DNA from: Vicinamibacteria bacterium
GTDB lineage: Bacteria > Acidobacteriota > Vicinamibacteria > Marinacidobacterales > Marinacidobacteraceae
NCBI GenBank assembly: GCA_965199715.1
Contig: OZ241322.1
Coordinates: 1,184,001 to 1,248,000 of the forward strand
Direction of reading: 5' to 3'
DNA length: 64,000 bases
Shown: positions 10,986 to 21,271 of the stretch, in pieces
Position numbering within the stretch: position 1 is the stretch's first letter
How the letters are laid out: each line of letters opens with the position of its first letter
Made by a program: the position numbers and the translations under genes
Notes under the pieces: model-generated
What the model was told of the DNA's origin: nothing
Databases searched by the model: none
Seen by the model: the letters and a program-made list of their open reading frames with translations, nothing else

Positions 10986-12314
10986 ATGCGCTACGAAGAG
11001 GCGCGCCGCTACCTGCGGGAGCGGGAGCAGTTCCACGTCAAGGTCGGCCTCCGCAACATCCGCGAGCTGATCGCGGCGCTCGGGAACCCCGAGCGCGACG
11101 TCCCGGCCGTCCGGGTCGCGGGCACGAACGGCAAGGGTTCGACGGTCGCGTTCCTCGATTCGATCCTGCGCGCGTCGGGCCTCTCGGTCGGACGGTTCAC
11201 CTCGCCCCACCTCGTGCACATCGAGGAGCGCATCGTCATCGACGGCGAGCGGATTCCGCCCGAGGAGTTCGCCGAGCTGGTCGGAGTCGTCGCCGAGGCG
11301 TCCACGGACTTCCCGCCCGGACACCAGCCGTCCTTCTTCGAGACGATCACCGCGGTCGCGCTGCTCGCGTTCCGGCGGCGCCGGGTGGACGTCGGGATCT
11401 TCGAGGCCGGAATGGGCGGACGCTGGGACGCGACGGGGGTGGTGGATACGCGGGCGGCGCTCGTGACCCGGATCGCGCTCGACCACGAGCGGTTCCTCGG
11501 GAGCACGGTGGAGCGGATCGCCGGAGAGAAGGGCGCGGTCGCGGCCGCGGAGCGGCCGTTCCTCGCGGCGCGCCAGAAGACCGAAGCGCTGCGCGCGCTC
11601 GAGGCGAGCGCGGTCGAGCGCGGGGCGCGGTTCCACCCGGCGGCGCAGGAGACCGAAGGCGAGTTCCGCGTGGAGCGCACCGGTTCGAGGGGAACGCTGC
11701 GCACGCTGGCCCGCACCTACGACGATCTCGAGGTCCCGCTTCCGGGGCGGCACCAGTTGGACAACCTCGCGCTCGCGATCCGGGGCGCAGAGGCGGCGCT
11801 CGAGGAGCTGGGCCTGCCGGATCCCGATCCGGACCGGGTCCGCCGCGGGGTCGCGGCGACGGTCTGGCCGGGACGGCTGCAGTGGACGACCGGCGAACCG
11901 CGGTTCCTGCTGGACGCCGCGCACAACCCCGACGGGGCCCGGCGGCTGTCGGAGTTCCTGCTGGCGTGGCCCCGCGACCGGACCCGGGTGCTCGTGTTCG
12001 GGGCGATGCGGGACAAGAAGACGGACGCGATGCTCGCGCCGCTGCTGCCCCGCTTCGACCACGTGGTGCTGACCCGCGCGACGAGCCGGCGGGCGCTTTC
12101 GGAGGAGGAGCTGGCGAACCGGGTGGACGGCGCCGCGATCGAGACCGCTTCCGGCGTGGGGCCGGCCCTCGCCCGGGCGGCGGAGCTCGCCGGCCCCGGG
12201 GGCGAGGTCGTGGTGGCCGGGTCGATCTACCTGCTGGGCGAGGCGCTCGTCGCGCTGGACGAGGCCCGCCCGGGAATCTTCGACGCGACCGAGCTCGAAA
12301 GCCTCGCCCGCTGA
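10986..12314 (+). CDS. folC: Folylpolyglutamate/dihydrofolate synthase
   Basis: VAGTNGKGS, FTSPHL, EAGMGGRWDAT, WPGRLQ, LDAAHNPDG; follows accD. Confidence 0.95.
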   Translation: MRYEEARRYLREREQFHVKVGLRNIRELIAALGNPERDVPAVRVAGTNGKGSTVAFLDSILRASGLSVGRFTSPHLVHIEERIVIDGERIPPEEFAELVGVVAEASTDFPPGHQPSFFETITAVALLAFRRRRVDVGIFEAGMGGRWDATGVVDTRAALVTRIALDHERFLGSTVERIAGEKGAVAAAERPFLAARQKTEALRALEASAVERGARFHPAAQETEGEFRVERTGSRGTLRTLARTYDDLEVPLPGRHQLDNLALAIRGAEAALEELGLPDPDPDRVRRGVAATVWPGRLQWTTGEPRFLLDAAHNPDGARRLSEFLLAWPRDRTRVLVFGAMRDKKTDAMLAPLLPRFDHVVLTRATSRRALSEEELANRVDGAAIETASGVGPALARAAELAGPGGEVVVAGSIYLLGEALVALDEARPGIFDATELESLAR

Positions 12315-12387
12315 GGCGAGCGCCGCGACGGCGACGGGGAACGGCCGGAAGCGAGGGGGCGTTTCCGCCCCGTAGAATGCGCGCGCC

Positions 12388-14157
12388 ATGCGGCTTTCCT
12401 CTCACTTCGGGCTGACTCTGCGCGAGACGCCGGCGGGAATCGAGGCCCCGAGCCACCGCCTGCTGCTGCGCGCCGGGTTCATCCGGCAGTTGGGACAGGG
12501 ACTCTTCTCGTACCTTCCGTTCGCGCACCGGTCCATCACGCGCATCGAGAACATCTTCCGAGACGAGATGAACCGGATCGGCGGGCAGGAAATGACGATG
12601 CCGGTCGTGCATCCGGCCGAGGTCTGGCGCCGGTCGGGGCGGTACGACGCGGTGGGACCGGAGATGGCCCGCTTCCGCGACCGGAAGGACAGCGACCTCG
12701 TGCTGGCCATGACCCACGAGGAGGTCGTGGCGGACCTCTGCCGCACCGAGATCCAGTCGTGGAGGCAGCTTCCGCAGCTGGTCTATCACATCCAGACCAA
12801 GTTCCGGGACGACGCGCGGCCGCGCGCCGGGCTGATCCGGGTTCGCGAGTTCACGATGAAGGATTCGTACAGCCTCGACCGCAACGCCGAAGGGCTGGCG
12901 CGGCAATACCGGGCGCACTACGCCGCGTATTTCCGGATTTTCGGGCGCTGCGGGGTCCCGTCCATCGCCGTCGGGTCCGACACCGGGATGATGGGCGGGA
13001 AGCAGGCCCACGAGTTCATGTACCTCTCGCCGATCGGCGAGGACACGCTCGTCCTCTGCTCGGGCTGCGGGTACGCGGCGAACCGGCAGGTGGCGCGCTT
13101 CCGCAAGTCGGCCGCCGCCGCCGAGGACCCGGCGCCGGTGGAAAGGGTCGCGACTCCGGGCGCCTCGACGATCCGGGAGCTGGCCGAGTTCCTCGACGTT
13201 CCGCCGAGCCGGACCGCCAAGATGGTCTTCATGATCGGCGGACTCGACGGCGGCAGCCGGGAGGAGCTCGTGGTCGCGGTCATCCGGGGCGACCTGGAGG
13301 TCAACGAGACCAAGCTGGCCGGCGCCGCGAGCGCGGCGTGGCTCCAGCCCGCCGACGACGAGGCGATCCGCAAGGCGGGGGCGGAGCCCGGTTACGCCTC
13401 CCCGATGGGCCTCGAGTCGGGGCTCGTCGTCTGCGACGACTCGGTCGTGACCTCGCCCAACCTCGTCGCCGGAGCGAACGAGGCGGGATTCCACCTTCGG
13501 AACGTGAACGCCGGGCGCGACTACGAGCCCCGGATCGTGGCCGACATCGCGAACGCGGACGAGGGATTCCCGTGTTGCCAGTGCGGGAAGCCGCTTTCGA
13601 CCTCGCGGGGAGTGGAAGTGGGCAACATCTTCCAGCTCGGCACGAGCTACGCCGAGTCGGCCGACGCCAGCTTCCTCGACGAACAGGGGGCGGAGCGGCC
13701 GATCTGGATGGGCTCCTACGGGATCGGCTCGGGCCGGCTGCTCGCCTGCGTCGCCGAGGAGCACCACGACGACGACGGGCTCCGCTGGCCGATGAGCGTC
13801 GCGCCGTTCGACGTGCACCTGATCTCGCTCGGCGGGAAGTCGGAGGCGGACCGGGAGGCGCTGGCCGAGGCGGCGCGGATCCACGAGCGTCTGGGCGAGG
13901 CCGGCCTCGAGGTGCTCCACGACGACCGTGACGAGCGGGCCGGCGTAAAGTTCACGGATGCCGACCTCATCGGAATTCCGCTGCGGGTCGTGGTGGCCCG
14001 CCGGGCGCTCGCGCGGGGCGGAGCCGAGGTCCGGCTGCGGGGCGACCGCGCCGGCGAGACGGTGCCGCTCGACCGGCTCGCCGAAGTTCTCCGCGAGCGG
14101 CGCGGCGCGCTGCTGGACGACATCGCGTCCCGCGTGACGGTTCCGCCCTTCGGCTGA
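12388..14157 (+). CDS. proS: Proline--tRNA ligase with editing insertion
   Basis: THEE, YHIQTKFRD..RPRAGLIRVREFTMKDSYS, EVGNIFQLG, MGSYGIG, DADLIGIP. Confidence 0.97.
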   Translation: MRLSSHFGLTLRETPAGIEAPSHRLLLRAGFIRQLGQGLFSYLPFAHRSITRIENIFRDEMNRIGGQEMTMPVVHPAEVWRRSGRYDAVGPEMARFRDRKDSDLVLAMTHEEVVADLCRTEIQSWRQLPQLVYHIQTKFRDDARPRAGLIRVREFTMKDSYSLDRNAEGLARQYRAHYAAYFRIFGRCGVPSIAVGSDTGMMGGKQAHEFMYLSPIGEDTLVLCSGCGYAANRQVARFRKSAAAAEDPAPVERVATPGASTIRELAEFLDVPPSRTAKMVFMIGGLDGGSREELVVAVIRGDLEVNETKLAGAASAAWLQPADDEAIRKAGAEPGYASPMGLESGLVVCDDSVVTSPNLVAGANEAGFHLRNVNAGRDYEPRIVADIANADEGFPCCQCGKPLSTSRGVEVGNIFQLGTSYAESADASFLDEQGAERPIWMGSYGIGSGRLLACVAEEHHDDDGLRWPMSVAPFDVHLISLGGKSEADREALAEAARIHERLGEAGLEVLHDDRDERAGVKFTDADLIGIPLRVVVARRALARGGAEVRLRGDRAGETVPLDRLAEVLRERRGALLDDIASRVTVPPFG

Positions 14158-15500
14158 TGGTCCTCGCCGGGATTCTCGGCGCTCTCGGGCTCGGTCTCGC
14201 GGCCGCGTTCCTGCTCGTCCGGCGGCGGCGCCGGCGCCGGGCCCGGCTTCCGGACGTGGAGCCGGCCGAGCGGTTCATGCTGGACCCGAAGAGCGCGGCC
14301 GCCGACATCGTGGCCCAGCCGGAGGTGGAGGAGGCGCTGGCGCGCGAACCCGGCGATCCGGCGGCGGCGCTGGACCTGGCGCGCCGCCACGCCCTGGACA
14401 TCGTGCCCCGCCTCGACTCGGGCTTCTACCTGCGCATTCTGGGCGGGCGGCTCCGGAAGGCGGTCGCCGGCCTCTTCCGGGTGCGGGTCCGTTACCAGGA
14501 CGAGGCCGCGCTGCTCGAGCGGATGGCGGACTCGACGCTGGTGTTCGTCATCAACCACCGGAGCACGCTCGATTACCTCGTCGCCGCCACCGCGCTCGCC
14601 GACCGCGCCATCGTGTCCTTCGCCGCCGGCGAATGGGCGCGCTACTGGCCGTTCGAGCCGCTGTTGCGCACCGTCGGCGGCTACTTCGTCCAGCGCGGCT
14701 CGGGAAATCGCCTCTACCGGGCGGTGCTCGCCGCCCACGTCCGGCGGTCCATCGAGGAAGGAGTGCCGCAGGCGTTCTTCATCGAAGGCAATCTGAGCCT
14801 CGACGGGCGGCTCGGCGCCCCGCGCCTCGGCCTGCTCGACTACACCGTGCGCGGTTTCGGGCCCGAGCGCGCCCGCGACGTGGCCTTCGTTCCGACGGCG
14901 GTCAACTACGACCGGGTGCTGGAGGACCGGAACCTCCAGATCATGAAGTCCCGGGGGAAGCGCCCCAGCCGGGTGCGCTACCTGCAGGCGATCTTCGGGT
15001 TCTGGTTCCACCAGGCGTGGCTCGCGCTGCGGCGGCGGTGGCGCCCGTTCGGGCACGTCAACCTCACGTTCGGAAGCCCGCTCTCGCTGCGGGAGTGGAC
15101 GCGGGGGCGCGGGCTCGACCCGGCGCGCGCCGACCGCGCCGCGCGGTTTTCGGCCGTGGAGGAGCTCGCGCGGGAGCTCATGGAGCGGATCGCCGGGGTC
15201 ATGCCGGTGCTTCCAGTGCCGCTCATGGCGGCCGTGGTGACGCGCGCCGGGCCGGAAGGGGTCACTCCCGACGAGGCCCGGGAGGAGGCGTTCCGCCTCG
15301 TGGACGCGATGGGCGAGACGACCGACCTCTCGGACTTCAGCCCCTCCGACTGGACGCACGCGATCGAGTGCGGCGTGCGCTCGCTCGCGCTCCGGCGGCT
15401 GATCGTGACCGAGGGAGGCCGGATCCGGTATCGCGAGTCGGAGCGGGAGCTCGTCGCCTACTACGCGAACTCGATCATGCACTTCGCTCCGGAAGGCTGA
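14157..15500 (+). CDS. Glycerol-3-phosphate/lysophospholipid acyltransferase (PlsB/PlsC-like)
   Basis: NHRSTLDY (HX4D), FIEGNLSLDG, VNYDRVLED; N-terminal membrane anchor. Confidence 0.85.
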   Translation: MVLAGILGALGLGLAAAFLLVRRRRRRRARLPDVEPAERFMLDPKSAAADIVAQPEVEEALAREPGDPAAALDLARRHALDIVPRLDSGFYLRILGGRLRKAVAGLFRVRVRYQDEAALLERMADSTLVFVINHRSTLDYLVAATALADRAIVSFAAGEWARYWPFEPLLRTVGGYFVQRGSGNRLYRAVLAAHVRRSIEEGVPQAFFIEGNLSLDGRLGAPRLGLLDYTVRGFGPERARDVAFVPTAVNYDRVLEDRNLQIMKSRGKRPSRVRYLQAIFGFWFHQAWLALRRRWRPFGHVNLTFGSPLSLREWTRGRGLDPARADRAARFSAVEELARELMERIAGVMPVLPVPLMAAVVTRAGPEGVTPDEAREEAFRLVDAMGETTDLSDFSPSDWTHAIECGVRSLALRRLIVTEGGRIRYRESERELVAYYANSIMHFAPEG

Positions 15501-15972
15501 CCTCGAACTCCACGCCGAACCGCTCCCCGTAGTCCACGACCTGCGTCGGGTTTGGATCCACGTTGAGGATCACGAAGCTCGCTCCCGGAGGCTCGAGCGG
15601 GAAGCGGTCGAGCGAGTGCCAGGTTCCGACCCGGTACGCGTAGCCGACGGCGGGATCGATGAGGAACGCGCGCACGTCCTCGGGCCGGGGAACCGCTTCG
15701 GGCCCGGTCGGCGGCGCGACCGCGACCACCGAAGGGGCGCCCCCGAGCGGCACGAAGGTCTGGGTGACGGCGAAGTGCCGCTCCAGCAGGCGGAAACGGC
15801 GCCCCTCGGCGGGCTGCCAGATCACGTCCACGGTCGGGCGCCCCTCGCAAAGGAAGTCCGCCGGGAAGAAGCGGCGCCCGTCGGCGGGACGCTCCCGGGG
15901 CTCGAGAAGCTCGCCGTAAGGAGCGAACGCGGCGGATGTCATCGGCTGGACGGGGAGGCGGCGAACGCGCAT
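15475..15972 (-). CDS. Ureidoglycolate lyase (AllA-like)
   Basis: AFAPYG, LERH...TQTFVPL, RAF...GTWH. Confidence 0.8.
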   Translation of the reverse strand: MRVRRLPVQPMTSAAFAPYGELLEPRERPADGRRFFPADFLCEGRPTVDVIWQPAEGRRFRLLERHFAVTQTFVPLGGAPSVVAVAPPTGPEAVPRPEDVRAFLIDPAVGYAYRVGTWHSLDRFPLEPPGASFVILNVDPNPTQVVDYGERFGVEFEVSLPERSA

Positions 15973-16004
15973 CGGGCAAGTATGCGCCGTAGTAGATTGA
16001 AAGC

Positions 16005-18005
16005 ATGAACCGTCGTCTTTGGGCGTGGACCGTCCTGGCGGCGCTCTCCGGCTGCGGCGGCGGCGAGGAGGACGCGCCGCTGCTGACGTCCGACTGGCCG
16101 GAGATTCAGGAGCGCGGCGTCGTGCGCTTCGCCCGCGTCGCCTTCGAGGAGTTCGAGACGCTGCCGTCGCAGGGGCTCTCGAAGGATCGCTACGAGCTTC
16201 TCGCCGAGCGGTTCGCCCGCCGCCACGGCGTGACGCCTCAGTGGGTCGTGGAGCCGAGCGTCCGGGATCTGGTGACCTCGGTCGAGGAGGGTCGGTCCGA
16301 CGTGGCGGTGGCCACGCTGACCGTCACCCGGGCGCGTCAGCAGCGGGTCGCGTTCACGGTGCCGCTCACGGTGTCGCGGGAGTGGGTGGTCGGGACCGCC
16401 GAGGGCGTGTACGGGGTCGCGCCGGGCACCGCCTACGAGGAAACGCTGGACTCGCTCTTCCCGGACGCGCCCCGCGCCGCGCTTCCGGCGGAGACCGCCT
16501 CCGACGCGATCGCCGAGCTCATCGTCGCCGGCGAGGTGGACGCGACGATCATGGACGAGGCGGCGGCCCGCATCGCGATCCGGGCCCATCCCGAGATCCG
16601 GAAGCTGGACGAACTGCCCGATCCCAAGCACATCTCGTGGGCGGTGCGTCGGGAGAACCCGCTGCTCCGGCAGGCGCTCGACGACTTCCTGATCGAGCAC
16701 CACATCGTGGCCGGCGAGCCGGCCGGCCCGAGGAACTGGGAGGAGATCCGAGCCTCGGGCACGCTGCGGATGCTGACGCTCAGCTCGCCTTCGACGTGGT
16801 ATCTCTGGCGGGGCGAACAGCTCGGCTTCGAGTACGAGCTGATGCGGCTGTTCGCCGACGAGCACGACCTCGACGTCTCGGTGCGCGTCGCCCGCGACCA
16901 CGAGGAGCTCGCGGCGGAGCTTCTGGCCGGGGGCGGAGACGTGATCGCAGCCGGCTGGGCGGAGACGCCGGCGCGCCGGGAGCGCGGGCTGCTCTTCACC
17001 GCCCCCTACCTTCAGGTCCGCGAGACGTTCGTGACCCGGGACGAGCCGATCAACATGGTGGCCGACCTCGCCGGGCGCACGGTCACGGTCCCCCCGGCGA
17101 CGAGCTACGTGGACACCCTCGCCGGCCTCGACGGCGACTTCACGGTGGAGGAACGGAACCTTCCGAGCGACCTCATCCTCGAGGAGATCGCGGCCGGGAC
17201 GGCGGACGTGACCCTGATCGACAGCCACCGGGCGCAGATCGGGAGCACGCTGGACGACCGGCTTCGCCTCGGGCTGGCGCTGGAGCCGCCCCGGAATCTC
17301 GTGTGGGCGGTCGCGCCCGGCCGGGTCGAGCTGAAGCGGGCGCTGGACTTGTTCCTCAAGCGGAGCGCCCGCAGCTACGACGCGAACGTCCTCAAGAACA
17401 AGTACTTCGTGAACCGCCGCCGGCAGGAGCGCCTGGCCCGCGACCGGATCACGGACGACCGGCTCTCCCCGTGGGACCCGATCGCCGAAGTCGCCGCCGA
17501 CGAGGAGGGCTTCGACTGGCGGCTGATCGTGGCCCAGATGTACCAGGAGAGCGGCTTCGATCCCGACCAGGTCAGTTTCGCCGGGGCCCGGGGGCTGATG
17601 CAGGTGATGCCGACGACCGCCGAGGACCTCGGGGTGGATCCCGACCGGCTCGCCGAACCGGAAGTGGGAATCGAGGCGGGAGTCCGGTATCTGGCGTGGA
17701 ACCGCACCCGGTTCCCCGACCTGCCTCCGGCGGAGCAGCTCTGGTTCGCGCTCGCGTCCTACAACGCCGGGTACGGGCACGTTCTCGACGCGAGGAGGCT
17801 GGCCCGCCGGCTGGGTCTCGACTCGGCGATCTGGTTCGACAACGTCGAGGAGGCCATGGGGCGGCTGAACGATCCCGAGTTCGCCGCCGAGGCGACCTAC
17901 GGCTACGTGCGGGGGTCGGAGGTCACGAAGTACGTGGACGAGATCCGGACCCGGTATCGGGCCTACCTCGACCACTTCCTCGTGCTCGAGTCGGTGGACG
18001 AGTAA
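16005..18005 (+). CDS. MltF-like lytic transglycosylase with two tandem substrate-binding domains (lipoprotein)
   Basis: LSGC lipobox, two SBP-like repeats, SLT motifs YQESGF, GARGLMQVMP, SYNAG. Confidence 0.88.
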   Translation: MNRRLWAWTVLAALSGCGGGEEDAPLLTSDWPEIQERGVVRFARVAFEEFETLPSQGLSKDRYELLAERFARRHGVTPQWVVEPSVRDLVTSVEEGRSDVAVATLTVTRARQQRVAFTVPLTVSREWVVGTAEGVYGVAPGTAYEETLDSLFPDAPRAALPAETASDAIAELIVAGEVDATIMDEAAARIAIRAHPEIRKLDELPDPKHISWAVRRENPLLRQALDDFLIEHHIVAGEPAGPRNWEEIRASGTLRMLTLSSPSTWYLWRGEQLGFEYELMRLFADEHDLDVSVRVARDHEELAAELLAGGGDVIAAGWAETPARRERGLLFTAPYLQVRETFVTRDEPINMVADLAGRTVTVPPATSYVDTLAGLDGDFTVEERNLPSDLILEEIAAGTADVTLIDSHRAQIGSTLDDRLRLGLALEPPRNLVWAVAPGRVELKRALDLFLKRSARSYDANVLKNKYFVNRRRQERLARDRITDDRLSPWDPIAEVAADEEGFDWRLIVAQMYQESGFDPDQVSFAGARGLMQVMPTTAEDLGVDPDRLAEPEVGIEAGVRYLAWNRTRFPDLPPAEQLWFALASYNAGYGHVLDARRLARRLGLDSAIWFDNVEEAMGRLNDPEFAAEATYGYVRGSEVTKYVDEIRTRYRAYLDHFLVLESVDE

Positions 18006-18006
18006 C

Positions 18007-19371
18007 TCAAAACGGCCCCAGCCGGACCGCCTGCGCCGCGACGAGGCCGACGACGGCGATCGCCAGAACCGCGGCGAAGAGCGGCAGGTAGTAGCGGATC
18101 CACGGGCCCAGCCCGACCTTCCCGAGGACAAGCGTGGCCATGAAGTAGCCGGAGGTCGGGAAGATCGCGTTGGTGAGCCCGTCGCCCCACTGGGTGGCCA
18201 GAACGACGACCTGACGGGTCATCCCGGCGAGGTCCGCGACCGGGACGAGGATCGGCAGGGTGATGAGGGCCTGGCCGCTGCCCGAAGGCACGAGGAAGTT
18301 GAACAGCGTCTGGCCGAGGAGGAGGCCCACGGCGGTCAGCGCCGGCGGCAGCGAGGCGACGAGGAGCGCGACCCAGTGGACCACGGTGTCCATCACCTGC
18401 CCCTCGGTCATCACCACCGCGACCCCACGGGCGAACCCACAGACGAGCGCGCCGACCAGAAGCTCGCGGAACGCCTCGTTGAAGTCGGCGCAGATCCGGT
18501 TCACCCGGCGCCCGGCGGCGAGCGAGACGACGACCGCGAGGGCGACGAGGGCGCCGGAGATTTCCTCGAACCCGAGTCCGAGCGCGAGCACGAGCGCGAC
18601 GAACAACGCGAAGAGGACGAGCGCGAGGCCGCCCGCCAAGCGGAGCCGGAGCGGAGCCGGGGGCGCGGCTTCGAGGACTCGGGGCCGGACCCCCGACGCC
18701 CGGATCTCGGCGCGGGCGCGGCGGACGAGGAAGGCGGCGGCGACGGTCTGCACCACGAGAAAGACCGCGAAGCGGAAGCCCGCTCCCGAGTACATCGGCA
18801 GCTCGGTGAGCATGTGCCCGACTCCCACCGTCGCCGGAACCGTCACGCCGAACGCGGCGCCGAGCGTGGTGGGGAGCAGCGCGACCGCGAGGCCGGTCGT
18901 CGGGCTCGCGCCGAGCCGGGTCATGAGCGGCTGGACGATCGGGAGGTACGCGATCGACAACTCGGGCATCCCCACGACCCCGGCCACCGCGGCGAAGGCG
19001 AAGTGGAGCGCCGGAACGAGCAGCTCGACCCGCGCGCCGGTGAGGGCGACGAGCCGTCGGAGGCCGAGTTCGATCACGCCGGCGCGCACGAGGACGCCGA
19101 CGGACCCGCCCACGAGGAACACGAGGAACACCACGCTCGCGGCGTCGGCGAGTCCGTCGGGGATCGCGGTCAGGAGTTCCCACACGCCGGCGGGCGAGGA
19201 CTCGATGACCCGGTAGGAGCCGGGAACCACGGCCTCGCGCCCGTTTTCCAGCAACGCGCGGTCGTACCGCCCGGCGGGGACGATCCAGGTCAGCAGCGCC
19301 GCGATCCCGATCAGGACCGTCAGGATCGCGTAGATGTCGGGGCCCTCCCGGCCCCGCGGCTCAGTCGTCGT
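18007..19371 (-). CDS. YfcC/DcuC-family membrane transporter (non-canonical or uncertain start)
   Basis: PDIYAIL..LTWIVPAG.Y, FNFLVPSGSGQALITLPILVPVADL.GMTRQ.VVLATQWGDG. Confidence 0.82.
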   Translation of the reverse strand, partial: TTTEPRGREGPDIYAILTVLIGIAALLTWIVPAGRYDRALLENGREAVVPGSYRVIESSPAGVWELLTAIPDGLADAASVVFLVFLVGGSVGVLVRAGVIELGLRRLVALTGARVELLVPALHFAFAAVAGVVGMPELSIAYLPIVQPLMTRLGASPTTGLAVALLPTTLGAAFGVTVPATVGVGHMLTELPMYSGAGFRFAVFLVVQTVAAAFLVRRARAEIRASGVRPRVLEAAPPAPLRLRLAGGLALVLFALFVALVLALGLGFEEISGALVALAVVVSLAAGRRVNRICADFNEAFRELLVGALVCGFARGVAVVMTEGQVMDTVVHWVALLVASLPPALTAVGLLLGQTLFNFLVPSGSGQALITLPILVPVADLAGMTRQVVVLATQWGDGLTNAIFPTSGYFMATLVLGKVGLGPWIRYYLPLFAAVLAIAVVGLVAAQAVRLGPF

Positions 19372-19885
19372 ACCGGACCACCGACCGAACCGGCCGGGAG
19401 CCCAGCCGCTTTCGTCCGCCGAGCGCGGCCAGCTCGACCAGGAACACGAAGCCGGCCACGGTCCCGCCGAGCCGCTCCACGAGATCCGCCGCCGCCCGAG
19501 CGGTGCCCCCGGTCGCGAGCAGGTCGTCGGTGACGAGCACCCGCTGCCCGGGCCGGATCGCGTCGGCGTGGACCTCGAGGGCGTCGGCCCCGTACTCCAG
19601 TTCGTACTCGGCCCGAACGGTGGCGGCCGGCAAGCGGCCCGGCTTCCGCAACAGCACGAACCCGGCCCCGAGTCGCACGGCGAGCCCCGGGCCAAGCACG
19701 AACCCGCGCGATTCCGCGCCCGCGACGAGGTCGACGTCGAGCCCCGAGGCGGCTTCGACGAGCCGGGCCGTCGCCGACGCGAGCCCCGCGGGATCCTTCA
19801 GAAGGGTGGTGACGTCCTTGAAGAGAACGCCGGGCCGGGGATGGTCGGGAACCTCGCGGATGAGCGATCGGAGGTCCGGGGTCAA
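19361..19885 (-). CDS. apt: Adenine phosphoribosyltransferase
   Basis: PRPGVLFKDVTTLL, AESRGF, RKPGRLP, YELEYG, DDLLATGGT; TTG start overlaps the upstream stop. Confidence 0.95.
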   Translation of the reverse strand: MTPDLRSLIREVPDHPRPGVLFKDVTTLLKDPAGLASATARLVEAASGLDVDLVAGAESRGFVLGPGLAVRLGAGFVLLRKPGRLPAATVRAEYELEYGADALEVHADAIRPGQRVLVTDDLLATGGTARAAADLVERLGGTVAGFVFLVELAALGGRKRLGSRPVRSVVRYDD

Positions 19886-20568
19886 GGCGACTGGTCGGAC
19901 GTGAGCTCCCGCGCGTTGAGCGGCTGGACCGGACGGGCGTTCATCGGCGTCCCCCGCTGGAACGCCTCGATCTGCTCCCGAGAGACCGTCACCGGCTCGG
20001 TCATGACGAACCACGAGACGCCCTCGGTGTAGGGCGGGGTCGTGAGCGAACCCGGATACCGCCACGTCGTGCGCTCCTCGGGGAGCAGCGCGGCCGGGTC
20101 GAGCGTCGCGGCGACCTCGCCGGGCGGCTCCTCCATCCCGCCCCAGACGGAAGCCAGCGCCTCGTGCGCGTCGCCCTCGGCGAGGAACACGCCTACCACG
20201 GCGAGCGCGCCGTCGGCGTGCTGGTGGACGAGGTGCATCTCCATCGGGAACGCCGCGCCGGAGACCGTGTGCTCGCTCGGGTGGTGGAAGTGGAACTGCA
20301 GCAGCTCGTAGCGCCGTCCATCGACCGTGACGCCGCCCGGATTCTCGAGATCGAACCGGAACCCGTGGTCGCTCACGACCGAGACCGGCGCCGCCGCGTA
20401 GTCGAACGCCATTTCCGCGAACTCTCGGGACGCGGCGTCCGCGAGGTCGATGGGGGACTGCTCCATCATCGGCGGCGACTCGACCGGCTCCGGTTCGGGT
20501 TCCGGAGCTTCGGGCTGGCCGCAGCCGACGATCAAGGACAACGCGAGGAGGGAGAGGAGAAAGCGCAT
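19882..20568 (-). CDS. Alpha-class carbonic anhydrase, lipoprotein
   Basis: QSPIDL, QFHFH..SEH, EMHLVH, GSLTTPP, NARPVQPLN; IVGC lipobox. Confidence 0.9.
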   Translation of the reverse strand: MRFLLSLLALSLIVGCGQPEAPEPEPEPVESPPMMEQSPIDLADAASREFAEMAFDYAAAPVSVVSDHGFRFDLENPGGVTVDGRRYELLQFHFHHPSEHTVSGAAFPMEMHLVHQHADGALAVVGVFLAEGDAHEALASVWGGMEEPPGEVAATLDPAALLPEERTTWRYPGSLTTPPYTEGVSWFVMTEPVTVSREQIEAFQRGTPMNARPVQPLNARELTSDQSP

Positions 20569-20596
20569 GACGGATCGGCGAATGAGCGTAGCAGCG

Positions 20597-21268
20597 TCAC
20601 GAGCGGCCGCGCCATAACCAGCCCGCGAATCCGACGGCGAGGAGCGCCCCCGCGATCTCCATCGCGATGAACGGAGGGACGTCGGCGGGCCGGATGCCGC
20701 AGAAAGTGTCGCTGAAGGCGCGGGCCACGCTCACCGCCGGGTTGGCGAAGGCGGTGGAGCTCGTGAACCAGATCGCCGCGCCGATGTAGAGCGCGACCGC
20801 GGTCGCCACGTCGCGCCCGACCCGCACGCAGCCGAGGATGACGACCAGCAGCCCGAAGGTGGCGAGGACTTCGGACAGCCACTGGCCGCCGCCGGTGCGG
20901 ACCGTCGAGGCGAGGTGCAGCGCCGGCAGGCCGAACATCGCGTTCGTGACCGCGACCCCGGCGATCCCGCCCACGACCTGGACCGGCGCGTAGGCGAGGG
21001 CGTCCCGGAGCGGGAACTCGCCCCGGACCGTGAACGCGAGCGTGACCGCCGGATTGATGTGGCAGCCGGACACCGGCCCGAACAGCCAGATCAGCACCAG
21101 CAGCGCCGCCGCGATGGCGAGGGCGCAGCCGACGAGCGCCACCCCGTCGTTCCCGCCGGCGAGGTTGTCCCCCATGATCCCCGAGCCGATGATCGAGGCC
21201 AGCAGGCCGGCAGTTCCGAGGAACTCGGCGGCGAGCCGGCGGGGGAGGGACGCGGTTTCGGCGGACAC
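20597..21268 (-). CDS. MIP/aquaporin family channel
   Basis: Two NPA motifs (GCHINPAVT, FANPAVS), AEFLGT. Confidence 0.9.
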   Translation of the reverse strand: MSAETASLPRRLAAEFLGTAGLLASIIGSGIMGDNLAGGNDGVALVGCALAIAAALLVLIWLFGPVSGCHINPAVTLAFTVRGEFPLRDALAYAPVQVVGGIAGVAVTNAMFGLPALHLASTVRTGGGQWLSEVLATFGLLVVILGCVRVGRDVATAVALYIGAAIWFTSSTAFANPAVSVARAFSDTFCGIRPADVPPFIAMEIAGALLAVGFAGWLWRGRS

Positions 21269-21271
21269 CGG

